64,000 nt of DNA from Phyllobates terribilis (taxonomy: Eukaryota): NCBI RefSeq assembly GCF_046119375.1, contig NW_027362773.1:125178001-125242000 (forward strand). The letters are read 5' to 3'. Under the pieces are notes generated by a model. It was given only the letters and a program-made list of their open reading frames with translations. It did not search any database and was not told the DNA's origin. Positions 1 to 12,893 of this stretch are shown here, piece after piece (within the stretch, counting starts at the first letter, position 1; every line of letters starts with the position of its first letter). A program made the translations under genes and the position numbers.

Positions 1-425
1 ACGGTGCAGCCACCCGTCCATTACCCCCCTCCACGTACGGTGCAGCCACCCGTCCACCCCCCCCCCCCCCCCTCCACGTACGGTGCAGCCACCCGTCCAC
101 CCCCCCCCTCCACGTACGGTGCAGCCACCACACCCCTCCACGTACAGTGCAGCCACCCATCCACCCCCCCTCCGCGTACGGTGCAGCTACCCGTGCAACC
201 CTCCCTCCGCGTACGGTGCAGCCACCCGTGCAACCCTCCCCTCACGGTGCAGCCACCCGTGCACCCCTCCGCGTACGGTACAGCCACCCGTGCACCCCTC
301 CGCGTACGGTACAGCCACCCGTGCACCCCTCCCCTCCGCGTACGGTGCAGCCACCCGTGCACCCCCCCCCCCTCCGCGTACGGTGCAGCCACCCGTGCAT
401 CCCCCTCCACGTACGGTGCAGCCGT
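1..425. repeat. GC-rich minisatellite, ~31-36 bp unit (ccccctccgcgtacggtgcagccacccgtgca), truncated by the window edge
   Basis: Directly visible tandem units with variable C-runs; explains the four overlapping Pro-rich ORFs at 4-596. Confidence 0.9.
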
Positions 426-1548
426 GGAGAGCAGCAGTGGAGACTCTGTTCTGGACCAGGGGAGGGGGGAGTAAAGAAAGTACTTTTTTTTTTTAATAAA
501 CTGCAGCCAGGGAAGAGGGTTTTTTTTCCAAAAACAGATAACTCCTTTAATAAGGTCTCTAAGCTGCCTAAAATCCCTCTTAGGGCTCTTTCATAAATCC
601 TGATATTTCTGGTACTGGAAAAAACAGTACCGGTGCTGCGTCCTATCCGTGTGTAACATCCATGTGCACCATCAGTGTGACACGTACCGGTGTCTGGGAG
701 GAGCAGTACAGTTCGCACGGTTCCCAGGACCTGTATCCTGTATACTCATCATTTTCGCCTGGTCTCCCCGTGAACAGCGCAACGCTGATGAGTTAGAGTT
801 AGCATCCGCTGTCTTTGTATCGCATGTATTAAATCAATAAACCGGCGTGGAGTCCTCCTTTATTTTCCTAATCAGCTGAGTGAAAGCTGACAGCTGGTGT
901 TAATATTCTGGGAAGGGGCAAATATTAATAGGCTGGGAACCTTTATGGCTAACAGCTCACGGCTGTCTGTTTAGCCTTTGCTGGTTAGTAAAAATAAGGG
1001 GGAATTCCACGCCTTTTCTTTTTTTTGGGGAGGCTAAGCAAACAGCTGTGAGCCGTTAGCCATAAAGGTTCGCAGCCTATTAATAGGCTCACAGCCGTTT
1101 GATTAGCCTTTGTTAGTAAAAAGTGGACCCCCCCCCAAAAAAAAAAAAAAATAAAATGGATGTGGGGGTCCCCCTTTATTTTTACTAACCGGCAAAGGCT
1201 AAACAGACAGCTGTGGGCGGATATTAATGGGCTGGGAAGGAGCTATGGATATTGTCCCCCTCCCAGACTAAGAACACCAGCCCTCAGTCGCCCCAGAATT
1301 GTCGCATAATAAGGCTTATCTTCTAGTCCAAAAAATACGGTAGGAGTTTAAAAAGACTAAAAACTCGTTAGGGACAGTTTGGGAGGGTGAAACCAGGTGC
1401 CAGATTCCCTTTTATACCGCTCCGGTGATATATATGGAAAGACCAAGTGGTTTCCTGTAGATCAGTTCAGCATCTTATGTTACTTTAAGTTCACACAATG
1501 TTTAACAATGGATCACAAAAAAAATAAGTCCACGTTTGCCACCCATAC

Positions 1549-2043
1549 CTCAATCTGTGGAACTTTGCGTTTCCTCCTCTTCTGCTTGACGAGAACCACC
1601 CCAGGGATGTTCAGATCCGGCTCCTCCGCAGATAGCCGCATGGAGGCTCCCATTGAGCTCTCATTAAATGTCTGTCTCGTTCTCTCACCATCTTTCTTGC
1701 TCTCCACATCATCTTCTGTGTTCAGTTTAGCAAATCCAAAAAGTGACTTCCGGCCCGGTTTTGATGCCAAGTTTGGGGTGGAGGTGTCAGATGAATCAGA
1801 GTTTTTGGTGGGACTGTACAGAAATGAGCTGCCGCTCATAGACATGTCCAGCCTGCTGTAGGAGCGCCGGACCTTCTGAGACATCACCTCCCGCCGGTCA
1901 TCAGTGGTAGGTGACTGGGGGACGTTCAGAAGAATAGGAGACAGGACGTCTATTTTAGAGGCTGTGGATTGGTCGGGGACACTTTTCGCAATGTCTTGGG
2001 ACTTGTCAAGCACTGCATTCTCCTTCCCGGTGTGAGGAGACAC
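1549..2043 (-). CDS. CDCA5: Sororin coding exon 6 (VSPHTGKEN...KVPQIE)
   Basis: KEN box, KVRRSYSRL, LFGF motif, basic KQKRRKRK before the C-terminal domain; acceptor ttacag at 2044, donor GAG|gtatgg at 1548; 495 nt, phase 0-0. Terminal exon not found in the window. Confidence 0.93.
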
Positions 2044-3043
2044 CTGTAAGGGAATAACAAGTTGTTAGAACTTAGAAGTGATTGCATGAGCTGAGAATCA
2101 GAGAATCCAGAGTGGACCAGGATTGAAGAAAGCAAATCTAGTAAAACAGTTTAGATCCCAATGATCGAGGTGTTGGATCTCTCATATAAACGGGCAGATT
2201 TGGTTTGGTAGAAGCTAGAAACAATGGCCCATGCAAAGGGGCACTTTAAAATAGGAACCTGTCAGCAAACACCCCCCCCCCCCCCCAAAAAAAAACAAAA
2301 CTGAATATACCTGCAGGCATAGCGGTAATCTGCAGGTACATATAACTGTAAACATTTCCGGCTGTCTAAATCAGGGGTGGGCAATTTCCCCAGGGGGCTA
2401 CACGAGAGACCGTGACAGATGTGGGGGGTTGTCAAACCAACAGACTGAAATGAATTCTGCTCAATATTATAATTGTGTCTTATTATTAACTGTGTCACTT
2501 AACATTGAGCAGAATTTAATATGCAGACAGTATGAGCCCCCACCTGGCCCCCTATATACAGTGCGAGTACCCTTTATACATTGTGAACCCTCACACAGCT
2601 GCCTATATACACTGTTATGCCCCCTGATGAAGAAGAAAAGGCGAAACGCACGTTGGGGCGCACGGGTATAATATCTGATCAGCAGTACTACATGTAAGTC
2701 CTTCATATAGCTGAACCAGGTCACCAATAGGAGTGATTTTTGCCACATTGACCTGGTCTAGATGGATGTACTATTTGAGCAAATTGTATTTTAAGTGATT
2801 CTCTCTATAATTAGGTTTATGCTAGACATTTATGATAGCACTATGTCTTGTGTATCCAGCCGATGAAAAGATATACTATGTATCCCTGAAATTCATAGCA
2901 GCACTTTATTTTAATAATTATTTGGTTTAATTTCATTTAATTAATAAAGATATTTTGGTTTAATATACTCTTTTATAGGCTTGCATTTCGGTAGTTATGA
3001 GCAGCATATGGTGACTAACGCACTTAACTGCGGCTGGACTCAC

Positions 3044-3082
3044 CCTTGCGCTTCTCCTAGGAGCGGCAGCAACATTTGACAC
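3044..3082 (-). CDS. CDCA5: Sororin coding exon 5 (VSNVAAAPRRSAR)
   Basis: ttttag|GTG...AGG|gtgagt, 39 nt, phase 0-0; corresponds to the PRRSPR motif of sororin. Confidence 0.85.
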
Positions 3083-3821
3083 CTAAAATCGAAAAAAAAC
3101 TTAGTAAAAATTTGCAAAGTTCTCGACAAATTAATTTTTTTCACAAACTTAAAAGAGTAATTGTTGTTTTAATTTCTATTTCATAAATCATTGGTTTACG
3201 TGAAAATAAGAAGCTTTGGAATATATCTTGTCTGCTTCTTTCTCCTCTCTGATTTTTCATTCATTCTCAATTCATAAGTAAAATCTGTACAATCTGTATT
3301 CAGTGAATACAGACTTTCACACTGCTGAGATAGATGACAGTTGGTGCTTTACAAATTCTATGGAGAGGGAGGAGCTAGAGGCCGTCAGACATTCCGCTGC
3401 AAGTTTTTCATAGAACTTTATGAGCACCAACTGTCATCTATCTCAGTAATTGGAAAGTCTGTCTTCAATGCGGACTGATTTTGACCGTGAATTGAGAATT
3501 TTGATTGTAAAAGATCAGTCCTGATGGAGAAAGAAGTAGATTCCTTGGATAAGATATATTACAAAGTTTCTTATTTTCTCGTGAACTATTAATTTATGAA
3601 AAGCAATTAAATGACGGTTACTCTAAGTTATGCAATATTTTATAGTGTTAGCTCTATAGGTGTGGTGCGGCTCTGTGCCTGCATGTGTATTCTGCCTAGG
3701 AGCGAGTACACACACGACAGCAGATTTCTGTAAGCACTAGGCCGTTTCACAGGTCCAAACAATGGTGTCAATATTCAGATGCATAAGATCGGCCTTCCTC
3801 AGGATTCCTTGAAATACTTAC

Positions 3822-3941
3822 TTTTGGGGTGGACTGTTGTGCAGCCTGTACAGCGCTGGGTCGAGCAGAACCAGAGGAAGGTCTGGGTTGTTCTACCGTG
3901 GATGTAGCATTGGACTGAGATTCAGCAGAGACAAGTGCAGC
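3822..3941 (-). CDS. CDCA5: Sororin coding exon 4 (AALVSAESQ...QSTPK)
   Basis: tttccag|GCT...AAA|gtaagt, 120 nt, phase 0-0, open frame continuous with neighbouring exons. Confidence 0.8.
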
Positions 3942-4342
3942 CTGGAAAAGAAAGAGGTAGCTATGAAATAATAATATATACACTATGGTACGGACACTGT
4001 CAAGTTCTGCAATAACCCAGGAAAAACTAGCTGCCACCACCAATCAGTTATACAGGTTTCTGGTAACGTATGGCCTCATGAGGCTTCAGGGGAGCAGGTT
4101 ATGGAGCAAGTGAAACAAAGTTATTAAATAGTGGTTAGTATATGGGTACAGGAGGCGCTGTGGGCTCGTCACTACTAGTGGCAGCAAATTTGTGGACAGG
4201 GAACCAGGGTTGTCCAAATAAGTGTTGATATAGCCGAGAAGAAGTAAATTTGCGCTAGTGGTAGTGAACAGAAGGACGGCACGAGAGATTTTGAGCGCAA
4301 GGGATAATTTTATTTAATCGAACATGCGCTTAAAAATAGCTA

Positions 4343-4391
4343 GTCATCCCTGAGGAAGACAGCCGCAGCTGTTGAAACGCGTCGGACTGAC
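4343..4391 (+). ncRNA. Minimal type I hammerhead ribozyme
   Basis: Stem I gtca-tcc/gga(c)tgac, core CTGAGGA, stem II gacagc-cgca-gctgtt, GAAA, palindromic mini stem III ACGCGT, cleavage triplet GTC (4381-4383). Confidence 0.8.
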
Positions 4392-6067
4392 CCTTAACCC
4401 AGCTAAAGAGGCGCCCACAGGCCTCCGTACCTTGTGCACGCTGCACACCACGTGACCCTACGTCACGCTGCCCCCCTCTCGCGCGCTTTCCTGGAGACGC
4501 GCACCTTCTCGCGCGCTCTCCACATACACTCTCTCTCTCTCTCTCCTCCTCCTACCCGGAAGTAGCGAGCACGCGGCAGTCACCGGCCGGGACTCCGCTC
4601 TCGCTCCGGACCTCGACCACCCCCAGACGGTAAAGCCCTCTACAGACCGTAAGTAACAATGGGCCCCTGCCCCACCAAGTCCATACTGTACCCAGCTGAC
4701 CCTCTAACGGTTTTTCCCTGTTCCCCGCAGTACTTGCTATCAACCCCTTCAGTTGGGCTCTGCACCAGCCACCCTCCCTATTGCTGAATCTGGCACCCAC
4801 TTTTTCCAGCCAGAGCCTCCTGGTGCACCCAACATAGGATACAGCAGGAGGCTTATGTTTTCCTATCTCTGGTTACCTCTGACATAACTATAGCCTCCTA
4901 CTACAGCACCCTGCTGTATCTACATTACGGAGACCTGAACCAGCATCTACTATTGACACCCTAATCCCTACGAAGCAGGTAAACCACGATCTCTGGGTAA
5001 AAACTGGAGGCTACAGCCACAACCCAGTGATACCCTAACAGATACACCCCCTCCCTACAGATCTCTATACAGCGAACAGAGGCATTACATGCTAGTACAA
5101 GCCTCTTGCTGCATCCTACTTCTGACCTCCTCGTGCTACCTCCACTCAACAAGGGACCAGGACTACTACCTCCAGCTCAGTCTAAGACGTCCCTGGATGC
5201 CCCTTGTACCTACAAACAGGTAACCCTAAACCTCTTGTCTCCAAGGCTTGTACCACAGCTAGATCAGTTCATTTATGATCTATCCCTATTCCTTCCCCTG
5301 CAGATCTAACTCAGATCATCAACCCACAGCCGTGTGTGACATATCCTCTACCTCTCTCCAAGAAGGACCAGGACCGATACCTCCTAGTCATCCAAAATAA
5401 TCAGGACACCCCCGCTACCCTCTAGAAGGTAACTAATCCAAAACTGCCCCCTTCGAACCCAGTATCTTAACCCTTGAGCCCTGCACCCTATTCTTAATAC
5501 TTGTCTCCTCTCACTCCCTATAGTACTGCTCCGGTGAATCCAATATTATCTACACAGCCTGCTGACTGTCACACCGGTAGCAGTGCTACTGTGGAACAAC
5601 AGCCAACTACTACCACAGTCTATTGAGTACCATACCAAGAACAGGTAACTCACGACCCAACTCAGAGTCCAGCAGAGACATCTCTGTCGAGTTCCACCCC
5701 CACTTATCCATACATTTTTTTGTGTACCCCACTCTAGGTACTCCTCGTCCTCCCTCCCAGGCACAAACACGTGCCACCAGTGAACCTCCATACCCCATAC
5801 GAGGCACCAGTATCAGGTAACCACAGACAAACAGATACCTACCCCTTCCCCCATCGCTCATTAGTATACCATATTTATACAAGCCTTTGCCTCCTTATAC
5901 ATCTACTGCAACCGAACATCCTCAGACTACGAGGGAAAAAGGCCTATTTTTATCAATCAGTGATTACCTTGTATCAGTGGACACCGATTTATTTATCGAT
6001 TTTATAACTTAATACCTATTCTTATATCCGACCCAGTGACCTCACTGAGTCTGAATAATTTTAACTA

Positions 6068-8951
6068 CCGTATATTCCGGCGTATAAGACGACTTTTGAA
6101 GACTGAAAAATCTTCTGTCTAGTCTGGGGTCGTCTTATACGCCGGTAATGCTTTTGAACTTTCAGAAATTGACATGCGGGGATACTCTGGGGGTGTTAAT
6201 AAGCTGCCGTGGCCGTATCCCTGCCATGTCGGAGTTAATATAAGGTGGAGGGAGTTAAAATACGGCGGCGGTAGGTCCAGACAGTCAGCGCTTCTGTGCT
6301 GAAACTGACACATCGCTGCGTATTCCCAGCTCCGGACACAGCGCAGGGCTTCTGTGCCGACAGCTTTCACTTGTCACAGAAGCGCTGCGCTGTGTCCGGA
6401 GCTGGGAAGTTCGCGTCGCTTCTGTGACAATATATGAAAAGCCGGCAATTCAGCAGCGGCATAAGCCGGCACCCGACAATTTAGAATAGAAAGAATAGAG
6501 CATCACACATAGATTAGATAGATAGAAACATGTCAGTCACATATATATGAAGTACAGTGACAGTGTTGCTTACTGTACTTGTCATTTAGTGTAAAGGATT
6601 TATTAAAACAAATAATAGTGTTTTCATGCACCGTCTCTTTAAAAAAGCCGGCCGGCAATTCAGCAGCGGTACCCGACAATTTATAACAGACAGAATAGAG
6701 CATCACACATAGATTAGATAGATAGAAACATGTCAGTCACATATATATGAAGTACAGTGACAGTGTTGGTTACTGTACTTGTCATCTAGTGTTAAAATAA
6801 AGGATTTATTTAAAAAAAAATGACGTGGGGTCCCCCCTAATTTAATAGCTAGCAAAGGCTAGGCAGACAGCTGGGGGCTGATATTAATAGCCCAGGAAGG
6901 GAGCCATGAATATTGGCCCCCTCCCAGGCTAGAAACACCAGCCGTCAGCCGCCCCAGAAATGGCGCATCCATAGGATGCGCCAATTCTGGCACTTAGCCT
7001 CGCTCTTCCACGCTGCCCTGGTGCGGTGGCAGGGGGTAATAGGGCTGGGGTTGATGTCAGCTTATAATGCCAGCTGACATCAAGCTCAGGTTAGTAATGG
7101 AGAGGCGTCTATAAGACACCGCCATTACTAACCCCATAGTAAAAGTTAAAAAAAACACAAACACCCAGAATAAAGTCCTTTAATTGAAATAAAGACAATT
7201 CTTTATTGTTCTAAATTAAACCATACTTACCATCACGCCCATTCCAGCTGAAGCCAACGATCTCCTGCAATAAAAGAAAAATAATAAACCAACATCATCC
7301 TTACCTTTCCATGGTTCCCACGACAGCTTCAGCTCTGCTACATCGAGATGACAGGCTGGACCGCAGCAGAACGCCGCCATCCAGCCTGTCATCCCGCAGA
7401 CACTGAGAAGCGCAGGCATGCTTGCGCTCTGCAGTGTCTGGCTGTGACGGCATCCAGATGAGCCGACAATGAACTCAGCTCACCTCCTGGACGTCCGTCA
7501 CTGACAGCGTGGGAAACTTCTACTGCGCATGCGGGGAGCAGGAGAATTTTCCCACGCTGTCAGTGACGTGTATGAGGTGAGCCGAGTTCATTGGACATGA
7601 TCTCGGCTCATCTGGATGCCGTCACAGTCAGACACTGAGGAGCACAAGCATGCCTGCGCTTCTCAGTGTCTGCCGCATGGCAAGCTGAACGGCAGCGTTC
7701 TGCTGCGGTGCAGCCTGTCATGTGAATGTAGCAGAGCTGGACCGGTCCTGGGAACCATGGAAAGGTAAGGATGAGGTTGCTTTATTATTTTACTTTTATT
7801 GCAGGAGATCGTTGGCTTCAGCTGGAATGGGCGTGACGGTAAGTATGGTTTAATTTAGAACATTAAAAAATTGTGTCTTTATTTCAATTAAAGGACTTTA
7901 TTCTGGGTGTTGTGTTTTTTTTAATTACTTTACTAGAAATTCATGGTGGTCATGTCTAATATTGGCGTGACCCCATGAATTTCGGGCTTAGGGCCAGCTG
8001 ATAATGCCAAGCTGGCCCTAACCCCTTTATTACCCAGTGAGCCACCGCACCAGGGCCCTGGATGAGTTGGGTACAGCGCCAGAAGATGGCGCTTCTATGA
8101 ACGCGCCATTTTCCGGGGTGGCTGCGGACTGCAATTTGCAGCGGGGGGGGCCCAGAAAGCTTGGGTCTCCCTGCGCTGCAGATTCCAGCCCCCAGCTGCC
8201 TAGTTGTACCTGGCTGGACACAAAAATAGGGCGAAGCCCCACGTCTTTTTTTTTTTTAATTATTTCATGAAATAATTAAAAAAAAAAAGGGCTTCCCTAT
8301 ATTGTTGTGTCCGGCCAGGTACAAATAGGCAGCTGGTGGTTGGGGGCAGCCCGTTCCTGCCTGCTGTACCTGGCTGGACACAAAAATATGGCGAAGCCCA
8401 CGTCAACATTTTTGGGAAAAATTAATTACAAAATTAATAATAATTTAGGGACTGCATCTTTATTAACCCCTCAATTGTCATTTAGTGTTAAAATAAAGGA
8501 TTTTTTAAAAAGAAAATTGGCGTGGGATCCCCCATCATTATAGTCTCTAGCGGAGGTTAAGCAGACGGCTGGGGCAGATGTTTGAAGTCTGGGAAGGGGG
8601 TAATACCCACGGAGCTTCCCAGGCTACTAATATCAGCCCCCAGCTGAATACCTAGCCTTTACTAGCTATTAGAATGGGGGACCCCCCCAAAAAATGACGT
8701 GGGGTCCCCCCTATTTTAATATGTTTATGAGTGACAGTTTTCCTGCTATATACCTGCATGTCATAAGAATTTAAATTAAAAAAGGACCATGTTAAATTCA
8801 AATCTGTTTTTTTTTAATTTTTACCGGTGTTTGGTATGCATTGGAAAAGGGGTAGTCTTATACGGTGAATATATCCTAAACTCTATATTTTAACAGGAAA
8901 GTAGGGGGGTCGTCTTATACACCAGGTCGTCTTATACGCCGGAATATACGG
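6068..8951. mobile_element. Non-autonomous Tc1/mariner-superfamily (pogo/Tigger-like) DNA transposon
   Basis: Perfect 26-bp TIR ccgtatattccggcgtataagacgac, TA duplication (6066-67, 8952-53); no transposase ORF; internal direct repeat (~6445-6600 / ~6655-6800) and large palindrome. Confidence 0.85.
7150..7925. repeat. Imperfect palindrome, arms ~370 bp centred near 7530
   Basis: e.g. cacccagaataaagtcctttaattgaaataaa / tttatttcaattaaaggactttattctgggtg at the outer ends and cactgacagcgtgggaaa / ttcccacgctgtcagtg at the centre. Confidence 0.85.
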
Positions 8952-11621
8952 TAGCTATTTTTAAGCACATGTTCGATTAAATAAAATTATCCCTTGCACT
9001 CAAAATCTCTTGTGCCGTCCTTCTGTTCACTACCACTAGCGCAAATTTACTTCTTCTCGAAGTTATTAAATATTATATATTTAATCCCAAAAATGAGTCA
9101 GTGTTTATAAAAATAACCAAAAGACATTAGAAAATGGACAAAGCAATAGAGTATATATAATCACACAAAATAAAAAAGATAAACAGAAGAAAATTACCAG
9201 ATCTGATGTCACGGAAACTGTGCAGATCTTAGGGAGGAGAGCGCTCCGACAGGAAAATGGAGCAGTTCTACAGCGATCTCCATCTCCCAGTGCTGAACAA
9301 TGGTTATCATTCAGAATCTGCTTTTATTAGATAACAGTCACTCCCATACCTCCACTTGGTGAGCTTAGAGGGGGCTGATCAATGGGATGTTACTCCTGTC
9401 ACAAAAATTAAGAGAACCCCATCTTTCAGGATATCTACCCCCTGAAGGTCCCAGGCGAGAGATATTAATGCCATATTTCCCATCATGATCTTAGCTTTCT
9501 ATAAAAAGGAAACATGGGATATACGTTATCCAGGGAGCAGATATTAATTGGGAGCTGATGCGCAGGCCGCTCAGTGATGTAAGTAAATGCATTATGTTCA
9601 CCACTTCAATCGAAAATATGTCTCCCATAACTATAGAACCCACACTGGTCACAAAAACCCAAATATTCATAACTTGAAACAGTGCCATCCTGTCTGACAT
9701 TCTTGCTCAAATGTGGCTTTGAAGAGCCGAAATTTATTTCCACAGGCGAGAAAAGTCACACCTCCCAGCTTCTTGTACAAACTTTGTCTGGACTTCATGA
9801 TCTCCATCAGATGACCTACTTCAATTACCTGTTCACAGCAGGAGGTCATAAAGCAACCAGGGTCAGATAGAATGTTAGTTTCATCATAAATTGAAATGGA
9901 AAAAAGAGCTATGATTCAATATGAGGATGACATCCCCTCTCAAGAGATGCTTTTGATATTGGTCCCATTTTACCATTACATCTATGAAAAAACCCAACAT
10001 CAGTCTGTAGATGGGCCCTTACCGAAAGCCCTCAGCTGAAAAATGGGTCTTAAGAACCCTAGTTCCCAATTAGGCAGCATCTTTTATGTGGCCTAAAAAA
10101 TGATTGTTGGCAGCACCCCCCCCTTCCCCATGGAAACCGTAGATGTGCTGCCGACAATATGTAAACTATATGGGAACCAACCGATTGTATTAACAATCAT
10201 TCCTCCCCCTGCAGTTTGCATCGGCCCATGTAAAAGAGGGTCCTTACTTACGAGCCGCTGATCTACCCTAATAAATGGACCATTTCATAATGCTGAGAGA
10301 TCTTCTGAAGCTGTCCATACACATTATATAAATGTCTGCTGATTCCATAGAGAACAGTGGACCAACATAGTGTATAGGGGCAACCCGAATATCCTAAGGT
10401 GCCAAACATTAGGGAAAGAAGGATTGGACATGTTGGATTTCAGTAGGCCTCATCCTTTGTTTTTCAGAGTTATTGATTTAGACAAGTCGGATACTGGTTT
10501 CTCTCTTCTACCTACCTCAGTTTACATGCCTTTGGGTAGTCAGGAGCAGTGGCATATAGCCATCTCACAAATATGGCAACCTTAAAGGGGTTAGCCACCT
10601 TATTTTAACAGATGTGTTGGGGGAGATGATTTTGCGGTGCTTACTAGTATTATAGGTTCTCCTCCAGCACTTTTTAATACAGCATTTATCACAAACCGAA
10701 TTTCGCACCTGCGCTCCTGGCTGCTGACTGAGGATCATGTGACCAGACCTGTCAATCAGTCTCTTCCTATTGAAACAAAACTTCATACTGGAAACTTTTT
10801 TTTTTTTTAATTAGAGGGAACCTGATTCATACTGTCTAAACCTCGGCAGCAAGAATCAGCACCTTGCTGCACGATTGCAGACAGGTATATATCTTTTGTG
10901 AAATTATCCAGCATTTCAGAGAAAATAGTTAGAAAATATGGCAGAGGACCAAAGGAATGAACAAGACTAGTCTGGTGTCGCCCCCATCTGGCTCTCTAAG
11001 GTATTTCTAGAGATGAGTAACATGTCTCTAGCTATGCAAAAGATCTGCCAATCACCTGCAGTGGCACGGAGAAAAGCCGTCCAGGGGCGCACCGGACTAG
11101 TCAAGTCTATTCCTTTCATCCGTGGTGGGATCTTTAAAGTATATGGACTCTGAAACATACCTGGCAGTCGTCACCGGTTTAGGCAGTATGAACCAGGTGA
11201 CAGGTTCCCTCTAAAGGAGTCTAGTCACGTCCCTTATATATTTGTAGATGCCACAAAGTCATGTTTTTTTAAAGTTAAGTGGCCAATCCCTTTAACTTTC
11301 CTTTTGAGTGGAGTAATTTATTTCCAGATGTCTATCCTTACCCTTCTGCAAACTTTACTAAGGACTCCAATTTCTCATCACACTAATTCAATACAGCGTC
11401 GCTCACAAACATATAGCGGAAACAAAGCCCAACAGTTCTGACTTTTTTTCCCCTATAGTTGTTTATTTCAGGATATCTGATGCCAAGCGGAAATGCGAGG
11501 ACAGATCTGTACATAGATCAACTCCATTATTTTTGGAAAATAAATATTGTCATGTCACAGGGGTAAAATCAGTGCAGAAAGACAATTATGGTCCAAGGTA
11601 AAAGAGAATAAATTAACTCAC

Positions 11622-11684
11622 CAGTGTTTTACGAGGGAGGATTTTCTTAGCGGTGATGGATCGTTTCATTACTGGCGCAGCCAT
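11622..11684 (-). CDS. CDCA5: Sororin coding exon 3 (MAAPVMKRSITAKKILPRKTL)
   Basis: attccag|ATG...CTG|gtgagt, 63 nt, phase 0-0; basic segment like sororin PIVLKRIVA. Confidence 0.85.
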
Positions 11685-12893
11685 CTGGAATAAAGAACAT
11701 GTAAGATGGGAGAACTGTATTATTCTCACTTCTGTGCACCAGTGTGATTAACAGCTGTCTATGCACAGTCCTAAAGTACAGTAACAAAATCCAAAATCAC
11801 CGTATTTTTCGGACTATAAGAGGCACTTTTTCAAATTTAGGAGGAACATGGGGGTACGACTTATAATCCAAATGCAGCTCACCTGGCTCGCTTTGGGGCA
11901 GTAAGATCACTGGCAGGAGTGGGGCGATGCTGCAGGCCCTGGGCTGGGAGGAGGGGGTGTCCCAGCGGAGGAGGCCACCTTACGGTGTGTAGCAAAATGG
12001 CGCCGCTAGCGGTGCATGCACAAATCGAGATCTCAGCTTGTCATTGAGCAGAGACCCCAATCTGAGCATGCACCGCCTCCGGCGCCATTTTGCTGAAAAC
12101 CATCGGAGGTTAATCTGAGCATGAACCCCGCCTCCGGCGCCATTTTGCTGGAGAATGCCAGGACTTGAATGTGCGCAAGCACCACCCGTGGCATAGGTGG
12201 CGCTAGCACAAAGTTTAAAAAAGGTGGCTTGTACAAATGCAGAGGGGCAGAGTCTAAGACAACACCTACAGTCCCACCCGATGCTCGAAGAGACTATTGC
12301 ACGAAAACTTCTACAGGTATCCATTAAATCAGTATATAATTTTTCCCCCCTATTCTCCTCCTCTAACAACTAGATGTGTCTTATGGTACGAATACGTTAT
12401 ATATTCATCTGTCCAGCTTTTCCTCCTCTATAGGATCATGACAGGTTATCCAAGACTATTAGGGTTTTATTTTGCCAACTATCTGCCTGTTCTGCAACTA
12501 CTGATTTATGAAAAATTAAAATGACATACTTTTTAAAGTGTAACCGATATTTGAATTATTCCATAAACAAGTAGTGCACAATAAAACTAAGCAGCTTTGT
12601 AAAAGATCTTATCAGAGAAATCTGCTCATTTCTCCTCCTGGACTGATCAGCCATTCTAAAAATTCTAAATTCAAGAGTAAAATCTGTATTCAGTGAAGGA
12701 TTTTGACATTACTGAGATAGGAAATGACAGCTGGTGCTCATAAGAGTCTATGCAGATGGGGCAGATCTTCCCTACTCTTCTCCCATCTACATAGAATCTT
12801 ATCAGCACCAACTGCCATCTCCTATCTCAGTAATGTAATTATCTGTCTTCATTGAATACAGATTTTACCTGTAAATTTAGAATTTTGAGAATA

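Larger units (their letters stand above)
4131..9059 (+). mobile_element. Non-autonomous Penelope-like (PLE-type) element: inverted tail copy, hammerhead ribozyme, multi-intron body, polyA signal; interrupted by a DNA transposon
   Basis: 13-bp direct repeat aagttattaaata at 4118-4130 and 9060-9072 (TSD); ~110-bp inverted repeat 4234-4344 vs 8952-9060; AATAAA 8980-8985; hammerhead core at 4350-4383. PLE assignment is inferred from architecture; no RT/GIY-YIG ORF present. Confidence 0.72.

Noticed and set aside
4-718. Pro-rich ORFs at the window start
   Set aside because: Translations of a minisatellite.
9195-9270. Extra CDCA5 exon candidate
   Set aside because: Only open frame is phase 1-0, incompatible with the phase 0 junctions of exons 3 and 4.
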